Positions 11,819 through 25,099 of a stretch of DNA of 64,000 nt are shown piece by piece (position 1 is the first letter of the stretch; each line of letters begins with the position of its first letter). The stretch comes from Octopus sinensis. Its lineage: Eukaryota. The position numbers were made by a program, and so were the translations under genes. Under the pieces are notes generated by a model. It did no database searches. It saw only the letters and a program-made list of their open reading frames with translations, and was not told the origin of the DNA. The stretch is taken from the NCBI RefSeq assembly GCF_006345805.1, contig NC_043011.1, forward strand, positions 48,930,464-48,994,463. Direction: 5' to 3'.

Positions 11819-12269
11819 CATACCACTTTTACATACTGCTGGCACAAGTGCCATTTGCCCGACACCAGTATCTGCCATAACTATAATTTCACTCGGAATG
11901 ATGGGTCTTCTTCTCAAGCACAGCATAGTGCCAATGGTTTCAGATAAATACACACATACACAATTATACACACACACATATTCTACAGTATCAGAGTATG
12001 CTACATTTAAGCATTGAGTGTGTATGAGCAGATTATGGTGGCATACACTTGTATATTCCTGCCTTCCTGTGCACATGTCTGCATGTCCGTGTGTGCATGT
12101 GTACACTTGGTGTATTTCGAACATATAAATACACTTCGAATTCCTGAATTAATACTATATTTAGTTCAAGAATAGTTTACAATGGGTTTTCAACTAGCAG
12201 AAATATGAAAATTAACTTTGCCAAACCTGAGCTAAGAATAATTTTAATGTATATACATAGGTAAATGAA

Positions 12270-12650
12270 CACACACACACACACACATGTGTGAGTACAC
12301 ATGTAATATATATATACATATATATATACACACATACACATATATATATATATATACAAACATATATACATACAAACATGCATACATATATATATATATA
12401 CATACACATACATACATATACATACACACTTATTTATATGTATATATATATATATATATATTTATACACATACATATGTATGTATGTATGTATGTATGTC
12501 TGTGTATATGTCTATAAACATATATATGAACGTGTGTATAGATATATATATATATATGTGTATATAGATATATATATACATATATATCTGTTTATATACA
12601 TGTATATATATGTGTGTGTGTGCACGTGTGTGTGTGTAAGAGAGAGAACG
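12270..12650. repeat. (TA)n/(CA)n/(TG)n compound microsatellite
   Basis: Direct reading. Confidence 0.95.
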
Positions 12651-13192
12651 TGAAGGAGAGGGAGTGAGAGATAAAGCTAGCAGCTATTTTTCTCTAACAA
12701 GAAACTAATGAGAAATAATAATTGTATAAAATCGTCTATCAGTCTTTGCTTATGCTATTTTGCAAAAGCTTCGTGTACACCCTTAAGATATTCTTTGAGA
12801 AAGCAAAGACTATAAATATCTTTAAATATCTATGATTTGTACTGCAAAATAAAACAGACAATGAATTTAAAATATGGAAATGTATTCCAGTATATATGTA
12901 TTGTACAGGTTCTTTAAGTTTTCATTCTGTATATCAATGTTTAATCTATTTTAAGTTATAATGTTTCTATTTCTATGTCTGCCCTGTCCAACTGTTTTTG
13001 TGTGCATGTTTATATATATATTTGTGTGTCTAGATAGATGAATATGCACATGGAAATATATGCACATAATAATAATAATAATAATAATATTAGTATTCTT
13101 AATTGAGAAAGGAAGCAGATGATGCTAGATCATAGATATAGCATGCCCAGCTGACAACAAGGTATGCGATAAGGAAGAAAGAAAAGTTGATA

Positions 13193-13360
13193 GGTGTAGG
13201 AGTGGCTGTGTGGTAAGTAGCTTGCTTACCAACCACATGGTTCCAGGTTCAGTCCCACTGTGTGGCACCTTGGGAAAATGTCATCTACTATAGCCTTGAG
13301 CCAACCAAAGCCTTGTGAGTGGATTTGGTAGACAGAAACTGAAAGAAGCCTGTCGTATAC
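13193..13360 (+). mobile_element. SINE A head + CORE-like domain
   Basis: GGAGTGGCTGTGTGGTAAGTAGC..GGTTCAGTCCC..CCTTGGGAAAATGTC. Confidence 0.85.
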
Positions 13361-13371
13361 ATACATAATAT

Positions 13372-13470
13372 AAGTTGACCTTGGCAGGATTTGAACTCAG
13401 AATGTAGCAGCAGATGAAATACCACTAAGCATTTCGCCCGGTGTCCTAACAATTCTGCCAGCTTGCCACC

Positions 13471-13521
<51 letters not shown>

Positions 13522-13545
13522 GTAATAATAATAATAATAATAATA

Positions 13546-13583
<38 letters not shown>

Positions 13584-14081
13584 CATTATTTCTACTCTAG
13601 GCACAAGGCTTTTAAAATTTCAGCGAGAAGGAAGCTAGTTGATTACATCGACCCCAGTGCATAGCTGTTACTTATTTTATCGTTCCTGAGCAGATGCAAG
13701 GGAAAGTCAACCTTGGTGGAATTTGAACTCAGAACGTAAAGACAGACGAAATACCACTAAGCATTTCATCTGGCATGCAACAATTCTCCAGGCTTGCCAT
13801 CTCAATAATAATAATAATAGAAATAGTAATATTAATAATGATGATAATAATAATAATAATAATAATTATTATAATAATAATAATAATATACACAAGGTCT
13901 GGAATTTTTGAAGAGGGGGCTAGAGGATTATGTTCCCCTAGGACTTGACTTGCACTTATTTCCTTGACCATGACTGGACGCAAAGCAAATATGACCTCAG
14001 CGGAATTTGAATTCCAAACATAAAGACAGACAAAATGCCACTAAGCAAAATTGCTGGCCCTCTGCCAAAATATAAAACCGT

Positions 14082-14116
<35 letters not shown>

Positions 14117-14368
14117 TAATAATAATAATTATTATTATTATCATTAATATTATTAAGGTGGTGAACTGGCAGAATCATTAGCACACTGGGAGAGATGCTT
14201 ACTGGTATTTCGTCTGCTGCCACATTCTGAGTTCAAATTCCACTGAGGTCGACTTTGCTATTCATCCTTTCAGGGTTGATAAAATTAATACCAGCTCTGC
14301 ACTGGGGTTGATGTAATTGAGTTAATCCATTCGCCCAAATTTGAGGCCTTGTACTTCTAGTAGAAAGG

Positions 14369-14401
<33 letters not shown>

Positions 14402-14620
14402 GTTATTATTATTATTATCAAGGCAGCTAGCTGACAGAATCATTAGCATGGTGCTTAAAATGCTTAGTGGCATTTTGCCCATTGCAACATTCTGAGTTCA
14501 AATTCTGCCGAAGTCAACTTTGGCTTTTAGGAGTCGTCAAAATAAGTACCAGTTAAACACTGGGGTTGATGTAATTAACTCATCCCCCCCACCTCCTGCA
14601 AGCTACCCTTGTGGAAAAAT
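13372..14620. mobile_element. Cluster of five family B copies embedded in (AAT/ATT)n tracts (- at 13372-13472, 13585-13802, 13890-14070; + at 14156-14370, 14420-14620)
   Basis: Each matches the B head or body; tail type 2 GCCTTGT(G/A)C(C/T)T..AGTAGAAA.; long (AAT)n tracts at 13473-13584, 13805-13890, 14085-14155 and 14369-14419. Confidence 0.85.
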
Positions 14621-15129
14621 TTGAAATAATTATTATTATCATCGGCAACACTAGCAGCAGCAGTAACAATAGTAGCAGCAGTAGTAGTAGTAGCAGCAGC
14701 AGTAGTAGTAGCAGCAGCAGCAGCCATAGCAGCTGCGGCATCACCACCTCCACTGCCACTATCATCAGTGTTGTCAACATGTTCATTATTCTTATTTTTA
14801 TTATTATCATTATAATTATTATTATTATTATTATTATTATTACAAATAAGATATTATTTCTTATATCAGAAATTCCTTTGAAAGCATACACTTAAGCATA
14901 GCTTAACAAAAGGCAATTCAAGAATCCAGCATTAGAATGTTCTAAGAATGGCTTTAAAAAACAAAAAATTATGGAAAATGTTTCAAAAAGCAATACATTT
15001 ATGGAAAAATGTCTACAATAATAATCTTTATAAAGTGAAATGAATTTACCAAATTCGTTGCGAAAAGACATTTGTGTATCGACATTTTGGGATAATAGAT
15101 TCCAGCAATTCTTTCCAGATATACACACA

Positions 15130-15237
15130 CAAACTCAATCACACATTTATATATATATACATATATATACATAAATACATATGTGTATAAGTGTTTGTAT
15201 GTATACATACATACATATGTGTATGTGTGCGTGCATA

Positions 15238-15279
<42 letters not shown>

Positions 15280-15353
15280 CCTATGTAAATATGTATACGT
15301 ATGTACATGCATACTTTTACATATATATAATATATAATATATATAATTATATA

Positions 15354-15393
<40 letters not shown>

Positions 15394-16001
15394 CATACAT
15401 TTGTGTATATGTTGATACATATATATTTATGTTATATATATATATTTACATATATACATACACACAGACTGTCATGTGCACACCTATATACATAGAAAAG
15501 GAAATGTTGTTATATCGAAATTATTATCTTCTGGGCTAACAGATTACAAATTTTCCACTCTGGAATACATAAACAAACTCCCACATACACAATTACATAC
15601 AAACACACACAAACACTTATGTATATAAACATATATATACTTACATACACGTGTATATATATATATATATATATATATACTGCATATATATATAAAATTT
15701 GTGTGCCTGTATATGCAAGCATGTATGCGAGCAAGTGTGTGTTTATGTATACATGTATGTACATGTGTGTTTATTTATATATATATATATTACACACACA
15801 TCTGCATGCAAATATGTTGAATACAAATAATATATATGTATATGTGTGTATATATTTATTATATATATACATATATATATATATATTATATATATATATA
15901 TATATAGATATATATATTGTATATATATATCATTATATATATATTTATAATATTGTTAATATATGTGTATAAATATGTGTTATGTATGTGTATAGATATG
16001 T

Positions 16002-16036
<35 letters not shown>

Positions 16037-16085
16037 GTCTACACACGCATATGCTTATGTATGTGTGTGTATGGGAAAGTGTGTA
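15130..16085. repeat. (TA)n/(TG)n compound microsatellite field
   Basis: Direct reading. Confidence 0.95.
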
Positions 16086-17121
16086 TGTATACAAACCTAC
16101 TTAGATTGGCATTAGTGAATTGATATCAACTATTTTGAGAGAAAGAGAGTGAAAGGATGATTGGAAAGTTAGAAGACAATGAAGCAATGAAAGAGAGGAA
16201 GAAGGAAGTTAAGAAAGAAAGAAAGAAAGAAAGAAGGAAAGAAAGAAAGAAAGAAAGAAAGAAGGAAAGAAAGAAAGAGCAAAAAGGGTGAGAATATGAA
16301 GGGAGGGAGGGGTGCGAAAGCAGAGATGGAAAATAATGAGAGGGATAACAATATGAGAAGATGGAACGGTAAGATATATATTTTTGAAAAGTAATCAAAA
16401 ATGACAGAATTAGTGAGGAAAGAATCAGGAGACAATTATAGGAAAACTAAATTGAAACAAAGCAAAAATCATGGCAGTCTTTTATCTTTTAATGCAATAA
16501 TTCATTGCTATGGCAGACAATTCTTTAGATGTTTTTAATCCGCAGACATCTGTATTTGATATTGTTGCTTAGATATAATTTCAAGAATTATTTTTGGTAT
16601 TTGTTCTCTTGCACCCGTTATTGTCTTTCATTTGCAGTTTGACTCCTGCACTTGACTGGTTCGAATTGAGTGGATAAAAGGAAGATTTTGAAATTTGGAC
16701 CATGAAGAACCGTAACCGAATACCGTAGAGAAATTTTACACAAAGTTTCTCATCACAACTCTGTTTGACCCTAGACCTTTGACCTGTGTTCTGTGACCAG
16801 TTCATTGACTTCTGTTGTAACTCCAGTTAAGATTTAAGTCACACAAATTTATAGTTTTAACCCTGTTGTTAGTGCAAGGGACCTCATGATGTGAAGAGAC
16901 AAGAATAGTGCTTTAGTACTACATCACACAGCTGATACAATAAAGAGAAATTGGAATGGTACAAATAATTATAATTGCCAGATGGAAAAATAAAAGACAC
17001 AACCATGTAGAACGATTAAGATAGTATTTATTGATAGGTTACCATGTGTCTGTGTGTGCATCATGTATACTGAATAACAGACAGGCCGTCATGAGAACAA
17101 AACGTGTATGTAGACATAGAT

Positions 17122-17564
17122 TTTTACTCTTTTACTTGCTTCAGTCATTTGACTGTAGCCATGCTGGAGCACCGCCTTCAGTCGAGCAAATCGACCCCAG
17201 GACTTATTCTTTGTAAGCCTAGTACTTATTCTATCGGCCTCCTTTGCCAAACCGCTAAGTTACGGGGATATAAATACACCAGCGTCGGTTGTCAAGCGAT
17301 GTTGGGGGAGACAAACACAGACACACAAACATATATACACACACACACACACATACACACACACACACAAATATATATATGTATATATATATATATATAT
17401 ATGATGGGCTTCTTTCGGTTTCCGTCTACCAAATCCACTCACAAGGCTTTGGTCGACCCGAGGCTATAGTAGAAGACACTTGCCCAAGTTGCCACGCAGT
17501 GGGACTGAACCCGGAACCATGCGGTTAGGAAGCAAGCTACTTACCACACAGCCACTCCTGCGCC
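17122..17564 (-). mobile_element. SINE A, full length, well conserved
   Basis: Complete head, CORE-like domain, (TA/CA)n linker and tail. Confidence 0.95.
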
Positions 17565-17713
17565 TATGTATGCACGTGTTAAGAACATATAAGGATGACA
17601 ATGAAGATGACAGTGAGAGTCTATAGCTACTGAAGCAAGTTCATAGACACAAGAATAATAATAATACCAGTTTGTAGTCAACACGGTAGTTGAAATACTG
17701 TAACAAGATAAAA

Positions 17714-17945
17714 GCAGGGAGCTGGCAGAATCGTTAGCACGCCGGGCGAAATGCGTAGCTGTATTTCGTCTGCTGTTACATTCTGAGTTCAAATTCTGCC
17801 AAGGTCGACTTTGCCTTTCATCCTTTTGGGGTCAATAAATTAAGTACCAGTTATGCACTGGGGTTGATGTAATTGACTTAATCCGTTTGTCTGTCCTTGT
17901 TTGTCCCCTCTATGTTTAGCCCCTTGTGGGTAATAAAGAAACAGA
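17714..17945 (+). mobile_element. SINE B, full length, tail type 1
   Basis: GAGCTGGCAGAATCGTTAGCACGCCGGGCG..GAGTTCAAATTC..GTAATAAAGAAA. Confidence 0.9.
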
Positions 17946-18544
17946 AATACTGTAACAAGAAGTCATGGCCATGATGCTGAGCCAGTTACAGGTACATGTT
18001 GTACATGAAATCATGGCTGTGATGCTGCTGCCTGGGTCACTTAGTACAGGAGTTCAAGCAGGTTGTATATTCACTGTTGATCTGTATTGAAATAATCCGC
18101 GAACAGTGTACATTTGGACCCTGGGTGAATTGTTTGCTGAGCCGTGTACGAAGACAGACGATGTAGGCCACATTAAGGACATGATGGTGGTGACAAAGAA
18201 GGAAGTTGCTGTATTGTTGTTGGGTGAAGTTGATGTGTCTCATCGTAACTACTGTGGTGGTGTTGTCTGGTGTTGTTGCTGGAACTGGCTGTGTCTTTGT
18301 GGTCAGTGGTTAGACCTTAAAAGGTCTGGAACCAAAGATTTCAAAAGGAGGAAGAGCTGAGTTTTTATAAGGAACTGAAGGCTAAAAACAGGTAATAAAC
18401 AGGCTGTCCCATGTGATCCTATTTAGGGCCTCCAACTGGTTACACACAGCAAGTTGGTGCAACAGAGTAAGAGACATATTGCACCAATACCAACCAATCA
18501 GAGCATTTTGATTTTCTATATGTTCTTTGTAGTAATTATGCCAT

Positions 18545-18830
18545 GGTTGACTTTGCCTTTCATCCTCTCAGGGTTCATGAAATAAGAACTAATTGGGCAC
18601 CAGGGTCAATGTGATCAACCTACCCCTCCCCTCAAAAACTGCTGGCTTTGTGCCAAAGTACAAAGAATTATTAAGCTCATGTTTGGAACATAAATGAGGA
18701 AGAGGATGCTAGTTGATTACATTGACCCCAAGGAAATGCAAATCAAGGTTGATCTCAGAAGAATTTGAACTCAGAAATGCCAGAAAGTATTTTGCCCAGC
18801 ATGGTAATGATTCACCCAGATTCCTTGGCT
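18545..18830. mobile_element. Two decayed B fragments in opposite orientation
   Basis: GTTGACTTTGCCTTTCATCC (+) and GAATTTGAACTCAGAA (-). Confidence 0.65.
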
Positions 18831-18904
18831 TATATTGGGAACATAAATTAACATGGAATTTGGATGGAATATTTTAATTTATATCACATTAACGAAGAGG
18901 TTTA

Positions 18905-19230
18905 TAACGGTACTTCATCAGTTGCGGTAATGAAGGTTCCAGTTGATCCAAGTCACGGAACAGCCTTCTCATGAAATTAACATGCAAGTGGATGAGTACT
19001 CCACAGACAATCATACCCTTGACTAAGTTCTCAGAGAGATTTAGTGTGACACCGATTGTGACAAGGCTGGCTCTTTCTATCATAGGTGCTAGTAAGTTTT
19101 GCCAGCTGAGTGGACTAGAACAATGTGAAGTAAAAGGTCTTGCTCAAGGAAACAAAGCATCAATCAAAACAAGGACACAACAACCTTACAATCATGAGCA
19201 GAATACCCCTGACCAGTAAGCCATGCACCT
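18905..19230 (-). mobile_element. SINE family D with tail type R, diverged
   Basis: Colinear with 60245-60575 (ATGAAATTAACA..AAGTGG.TGAGTACTCCAC; GTGACAAGGCTGGC; GCCAGCTGAGTGGACT). Confidence 0.8.
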
Positions 19231-19240
19231 GTACCTTCAC

Positions 19241-19277
<37 letters not shown>

Positions 19278-19780
19278 TCATATATAGCCACACAAGTGTG
19301 TCTTTGCATCTATGTCTGTCACCCACCCCTGTTTTACCACTAAATCTAGTCAGAAGGTACTTCATATATATACACTCATACACACTCACGCACACACCTA
19401 CACAACAGAAAATGGTCACAATATGACAAAGGGCGATAATTGATTTGTTGCAAATTGTAAAAAAAATAGAAACTGAAAACCATATTTTTTTTTGCTTAAA
19501 AATTTTCTTCAAAATACAAATTAAAATACAAATTCGTTAAAGAGAATCGCCTTCAGTCAATTTATGCAAATTAGGCATCAGAACAATTTTGGCAATTATG
19601 TCAGTTAGTGAAGTGGATTAAATTAAAAGGGATTCATTAAATTATACCTGCAATTTAATGAATCAATTTATAACGACATTAGATTTAACAATATTCATAT
19701 TTTTTTCATTCCTTGCATGAGGTTCTTTTAGTAAAAGGAAATGGTAAAAGAGGAAACGGAATGAAGGATGATAGCGATGA

Positions 19781-20235
19781 CAAAAACGAAGAATGAGAAA
19801 ACGACCGTCATCGTTAAGTGGTGGTGATGGCGGTGGTGGTGATGGTGGTGATGATGGTGGTGGTGATGGTGGTGATTGTGGTGATGGTGGTGGTGGCGTG
19901 GTGTCTTTGGTGTTGGCAGTGATGATGGTGCGGTGTCAGTGTTGATGTTGCTGTTGTTGTCTTCTTCTTCTTCTTCCAATCAGGACTCACGCCATTAGCC
20001 ACAAGGCAAAAACGAAGAATGAGAAAACGACCGTCATCGTTAAGTGGTGGTGATGGCGGTGGTGGTGATGGTGGTGATGATGGTGGTGGTGATGGTGGTG
20101 ATTGTGGTGATGGTGGTGGTGGCGTGGTGTCTTTGGTGTTGGCAGTGATGATGGTGCGGTGTCAGTGTTGATGTTGCTGTTGTTGTCTTCTTCTTCTTCT
20201 TCTTCCAATCAGGACTCACGCCATTAGCCACAAGG
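19781..20235. repeat. Near-perfect direct tandem duplication (19781-20006 and 20007-20235)
   Basis: Unit begins CAAAAACGAAGAATGAG and ends CCATTAGCCACAAGG; the copies differ by about one TTC unit. Confidence 0.9.
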
Positions 20236-20619
20236 CAACTTGAAGATCCACCCACCACATGTGATAGACTGGTGGTTGTACGGGCATGAAAGCTACATTG
20301 TTATCCTCATTCAGTAATCGGTGGCTTTTAACGGGTGGAGAGCTGAACCATCCTGGGTTCAGACTAGGATCTGAAAGTTTACCACACCATAGTGGGTTAC
20401 ACCATGGTTCGTCTGCTTTGTGGCAGAAGTAGGAAGAAAGAGTGAGAGAAAGTTGTGGTGAAAGAGTAGAGCAGGGTTCAGCACCACACCGTGCCGGAGC
20501 CTCGTAGATCTTAGGTGTTTTTGCTCAATAAACACTCACAATGCCCAGTCTGGGAATCGAAACTGCGTTCTTATGACCGCAAGTCTGCTGCCCTAACCAC
20601 TGGGCCATTGCACCTCCAC
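20186..20619 (-). mobile_element. SINE family G (Arg-tRNA-like head) with (GAA)n tail module
   Basis: Head GTGGAGGTGCAATGGCCCAGTGGTTAGGGCAGC..GTTTCGATTCCC; ends GATTGGAAGAAGAAG; homologous to 30835-31336. Confidence 0.85.
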
Positions 20620-21860
20620 TGCTGTTGTTGTTGTCAGTGATGGTGGGGGTTGTGATGGTGGTGGTGGTGATGGTTGTGATGGTGATCTTGCTAGTGGTGG
20701 TGGTGGTGGATATGGTAGTGGTGGTGGCTATGATGGTGGGGTTTGTTGTAGTGATATTGGTGTTGGTGTTGGAGTTGGGGTGGTTGCAGTACTAGAGACA
20801 ATCGTAGTGCCAGAAACAGTGTTGTCAGAAATGATGACAACAATGGGGACAGTGATGACAATGATGATGACGATGACAGTGATGCTGCTGCTTTAATTAG
20901 ACCTGCTGCTGCTTCTGAATATGATGTGACGATGATGGTGGTGGTGGTGGTGGTGGTGGCAATAGTGTTTATACGCAGACTTGATGGTTATGATGGTGAC
21001 TTTGAGGGAAAGGTGGACAATGATGATGATAACGATGAGTAAATGATGGAAGTGCTGACAATGTGGATGATGATGATGATGTCTAAATGACATTGGCATT
21101 GGCGGTGATTGTAATAAAAACGATGGCGATGAGAAAGAGCAGAAGATAAGGATGAGTATGATGATGATGATGACGACGAAGATGTTGATGACGGTGGTGG
21201 TGGTCAAGAGGAGGAGGGGAGGGGAGGAAGGAGGGGAAGTGGAGGAGGATAAAAAGGTGGTGGTGGTGGGGTGGAGGAGCAGGAGGGTGGCACTCGTGAC
21301 AGCGATCATGATGATGATGATGTTGATGACGGTGGTGGTGGTGGTGGTGGTCAAGAGGAGGAGGGGAGGGGAAGAGGGGGAAGAGGTGGAGGAAGGGTGG
21401 AGGGGAATAAAGATGTGGTGGTGGTGGAGGAGGATGAGGAGGTGGTAGAGGTGGAGGAGGTGGTGGAGGAGGATGAGGAGGTGGTAGAGGTGGAGGAGGT
21501 GGTGGAGGAGGATGAGGAGGTGGTAGAGGTGGAGGAGGTGGTGGAGGAGGATGAGGAGGTGGTCGAGGTGGAGGAGGATGAGGAGGTGGTGGAGGAGGAT
21601 GAGGAGGTGGTGGAGGAGGATGAGGAGGTGGTGGAGGAGGATGAGGATGAGGAGGTGGTGGAACTGGAGGAGGAGGAGGAGGAGGTGGTGGTGGAGGAGG
21701 GGGAAGAGGGTGGCATTCATGACAGCGATCATGATGACAACAACGTTGACGACGACAAACACAGCAACAACAACAACAACAACTACGACAACGCCGATAA
21801 TGACGATGACGACGATGAAGAGGAGGCAGAAGAAGGGGAAGAGGATGATAACATTGACGA
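20620..21860. repeat. GGT/GAT/GAG low-complexity field including a 39-bp/21-bp GAG-GTG minisatellite (about 21415-21690)
   Basis: Unit GTGGTGGAGGAGGATGAGGAGGTGGTAGAGGTGGAGGAG repeated about three times, then 21-bp units. Confidence 0.9.
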
Positions 21861-22129
21861 AGGCAGCAATGACGGTAAAGATTCTGAATACTACGGCCCA
21901 CTGGGTGATTCAAGCCAGCATCAAAGATTACAGACTTCATCCAGTGGATGATTGAAGGGAGTGAAGCCATCACACAGAAGTAAATCAAAGAAGGAAATGA
22001 GTAATTGCTGCACATTATATGGAGAGGATCAAGGAGGAGTTACCAGTTCTAAATATCTCTGCTTGCATGCCGATACGCAGGTGGGATATAAATGCAGCCA
22101 TGATTCGCCCAGGGTAAGGCACCAACCTA

Positions 22130-22131
22130 TG

Positions 22132-22193
<62 letters not shown>

Positions 22194-22223
22194 GCATGTA
22201 TGCGGGTGGATAGATAGATAGAC

Positions 22224-22309
<86 letters not shown>

Positions 22310-22507
22310 ATTAGACAAACAGACAGGCAGATAGATAGATGGATAGATAGAAAGATAGATAGAAAGATACATAGATAGATAGCTATATAGATAGATAGAC
22401 AGATACATACATACATTAGATAGATAGATAGATAAATAGATAGATAGATATATAGATTAGGCAGACAGACAGATAGATAGATATATAGATTAGATAGATA
22501 GAGAGAG

Positions 22508-22540
<33 letters not shown>

Positions 22541-22546
22541 AACATT

Positions 22547-22615
<69 letters not shown>
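22130..22615. repeat. (TG)n-(TA)n-(GATA)n/(GACA)n array
   Basis: Direct reading. Confidence 0.95.
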
Positions 22616-22617
<2 letters not shown>

Positions 22618-22839
22618 AACATGAAATATGACAAAACTGACCCTACAAAATAGAAATCTTTCTGTGAATACTCTTCAAAGAATAAAAATAATGAGGGGAC
22701 TACCATTATATGAAGGGGAATCAGGAAAATAACCCCTGCCCAGAAAAATAAAATGATGACATGTTCAGGATCAAACATGCACACAATGGACATTAAAAAA
22801 AGAAGGAAGATATAAACATTACACACATATTTACATGAA

Positions 22840-23945
22840 TATACATGCATATGCAAATATATATATATTAAATATATATATATATCTATATATATTATAT
22901 ATATATATTATATATGATTATATATATATCTTATATATATATTCTATATATACTATATTAATATATATATATATACATACATGTATATATATATCTATAT
23001 TATTTATATATCATACATATTAATATAATATATATGATATACCACAGGCATATATATGTATATATACACATATATAAATATCTAAGTATTTATACATATA
23101 TGTTTATATGCATATATACATATATATATGCATATATACACACATATATATATATGTATATATAGTATATATATATATATAATATATATATATATATACA
23201 TATATATACATATATATTACATACACAGGCTATTATGTATATATACACTATATATACATATCTAAGTATTAACCTATATGTTTATATGCATATATACATA
23301 TATATGTGCATACACACACACACACTATATTTATATATATATGCATATATACATATTTACATATATATCCACACATATACATATATTTACATATATACCC
23401 GCATATATACATATATATAAGATATATACATATATATATATTATATAATATATAATATATATATATATATATATAATATATATATATACACATACACACA
23501 GATATGAATTAGTTTTGCCTGTACATGCACATAGAGAGAAAAAGACATTTTACATGGGGAAAATAATAAACAACTCGTAATTTCCTAATTTAGTGTGTGC
23601 TGCAACGGAGAGAAATCAAACAAACCAATATCATTGTTTGAGGAAAAAAAAAGAGAATGGGGTAGGAAAAGGAAGAAAGCAAACAAACAAAGGATGTGAA
23701 ATGAAAGTGAATCCCTATTATGGCAGATGCAGTGAAGGTAAAACAATTGAAAGGGACAGTGAAAGGACGTTAACCCTTATTTGATTGTTTTGCAGCAGGG
23801 ACTGTTTTTACGGGTTAAGTATAAACTATTCGTTTGTTTATTTAATGCATAAGACATAAAAGTTCCCCTTCTCTTTTATGTATCTTGGTATATGTGTTTA
23901 AGTGTGTTTGTTGGTGCATGTGTGTCTATGTGTATACATATTATG

Positions 23946-24002
<57 letters not shown>

Positions 24003-24186
24003 TATGTATACATATATATATAATTCTACTCGTGCGGTACCTTACAACTCCACTTTGTTACATATATGTATATATATACACACATATATATACATATATA
24101 TATACACACAAATATGCATATACCACAGAAGTAAACCGCACATGTATGTGTATGTATATATGTATACAAATATATACATGATTATG

Positions 24187-24218
<32 letters not shown>

Positions 24219-24269
24219 AGTATGTATGGATCTATGTATGTATACACCTATATATACACATTTATATAC

Positions 24270-24314
<45 letters not shown>

Positions 24315-24410
24315 CACATATATATATACATATATACATACACATATACAGATACACACACGCACATATATAGATAAGTATGTATGTATGTATGTATACA
24401 TAGATAAAAT
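22840..24410. repeat. (TA)n-rich microsatellite fields (22840-23500, 23900-24410)
   Basis: Direct reading. Confidence 0.9.
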
Positions 24411-24475
24411 AGAACTCTCTAGGCATCAAACCTAAGCCACAAACTCATATTTAGAATATATTACAAAACGCTTGA

Positions 24476-24830
24476 ATGGAAAACCTTCTCATCAACACAA
24501 AACCACAAAGTCACAAACCACCAAATGCATATCAGTCAAGCAACCCAATGTACAAATTTCTCTCTATACATGAAAGTTGTAAATATCATGACTCAAGCTG
24601 CTACACTGGGCAAACAAGTATGACTCTTTCTTGTTGGTTGGCCATGCAGTTACAACAAGGCACCATTGCAACAGTTTATAATACAATACATGTGATAAAT
24701 CATATAGAAATCCATTAACTGGTAACACTACGATCATATATATATACTTACAATTCCACACAGACAACAAAAATTGATACTCAAAGAAAATGCAATTAAG
24801 AGCAGAAGTTTATTAATTACAAAACACAGA
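24476..24830 (+). mobile_element. Decayed Penelope-like element GIY-YIG endonuclease fragment
   Basis: SNPMYKF..HESCK..SSCYTGQTSMTLSCWLAMQLQQGTI followed by LTGNTTIIY.., matching the PLE pattern VYKF.C..C...YIGQT...L..RL..H.Q.G.I ..NNTTII. Confidence 0.6.
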
Positions 24831-25099
24831 CAAAAACATGATACACAATTGCAATATTCATAAAATAAACTCTAAAATCTGAAAAGCGTTAGCTGTTGAA
24901 TAATTTTAAATCTGGCATTGATGACTTTGTATGTTATACCAGTATTCCTATGATACTTTGTTACTTAATGCAAAGTGCGTGACTAATGTACCAATACAAA
25001 TATTTTATTCTCATTATGAAACTGAGGTCATGAAATGTGAATGGATTTATAAGAAAGAAACAGTGAAAGACTAATATAAAACAAAAAAAGGATCGTGAA

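Noticed and set aside
17490-17564. SINE heads (A, B, D, G) as genuine tRNA genes
   Set aside because: They have A/B boxes but no complete cloverleaf, and continue into SINE bodies in many copies.
17950-18400. GC-richer, codon-like unique stretch
   Set aside because: Reading frames on both strands are interrupted by stops, and I recognise no motif.
20893-22015. Long overlapping ORFs (226-310 aa, E/V-, P/H- or S/T-rich)
   Set aside because: Frames on both strands are open because the GAG/GTG repeats lack stop codons; no splice or domain evidence.
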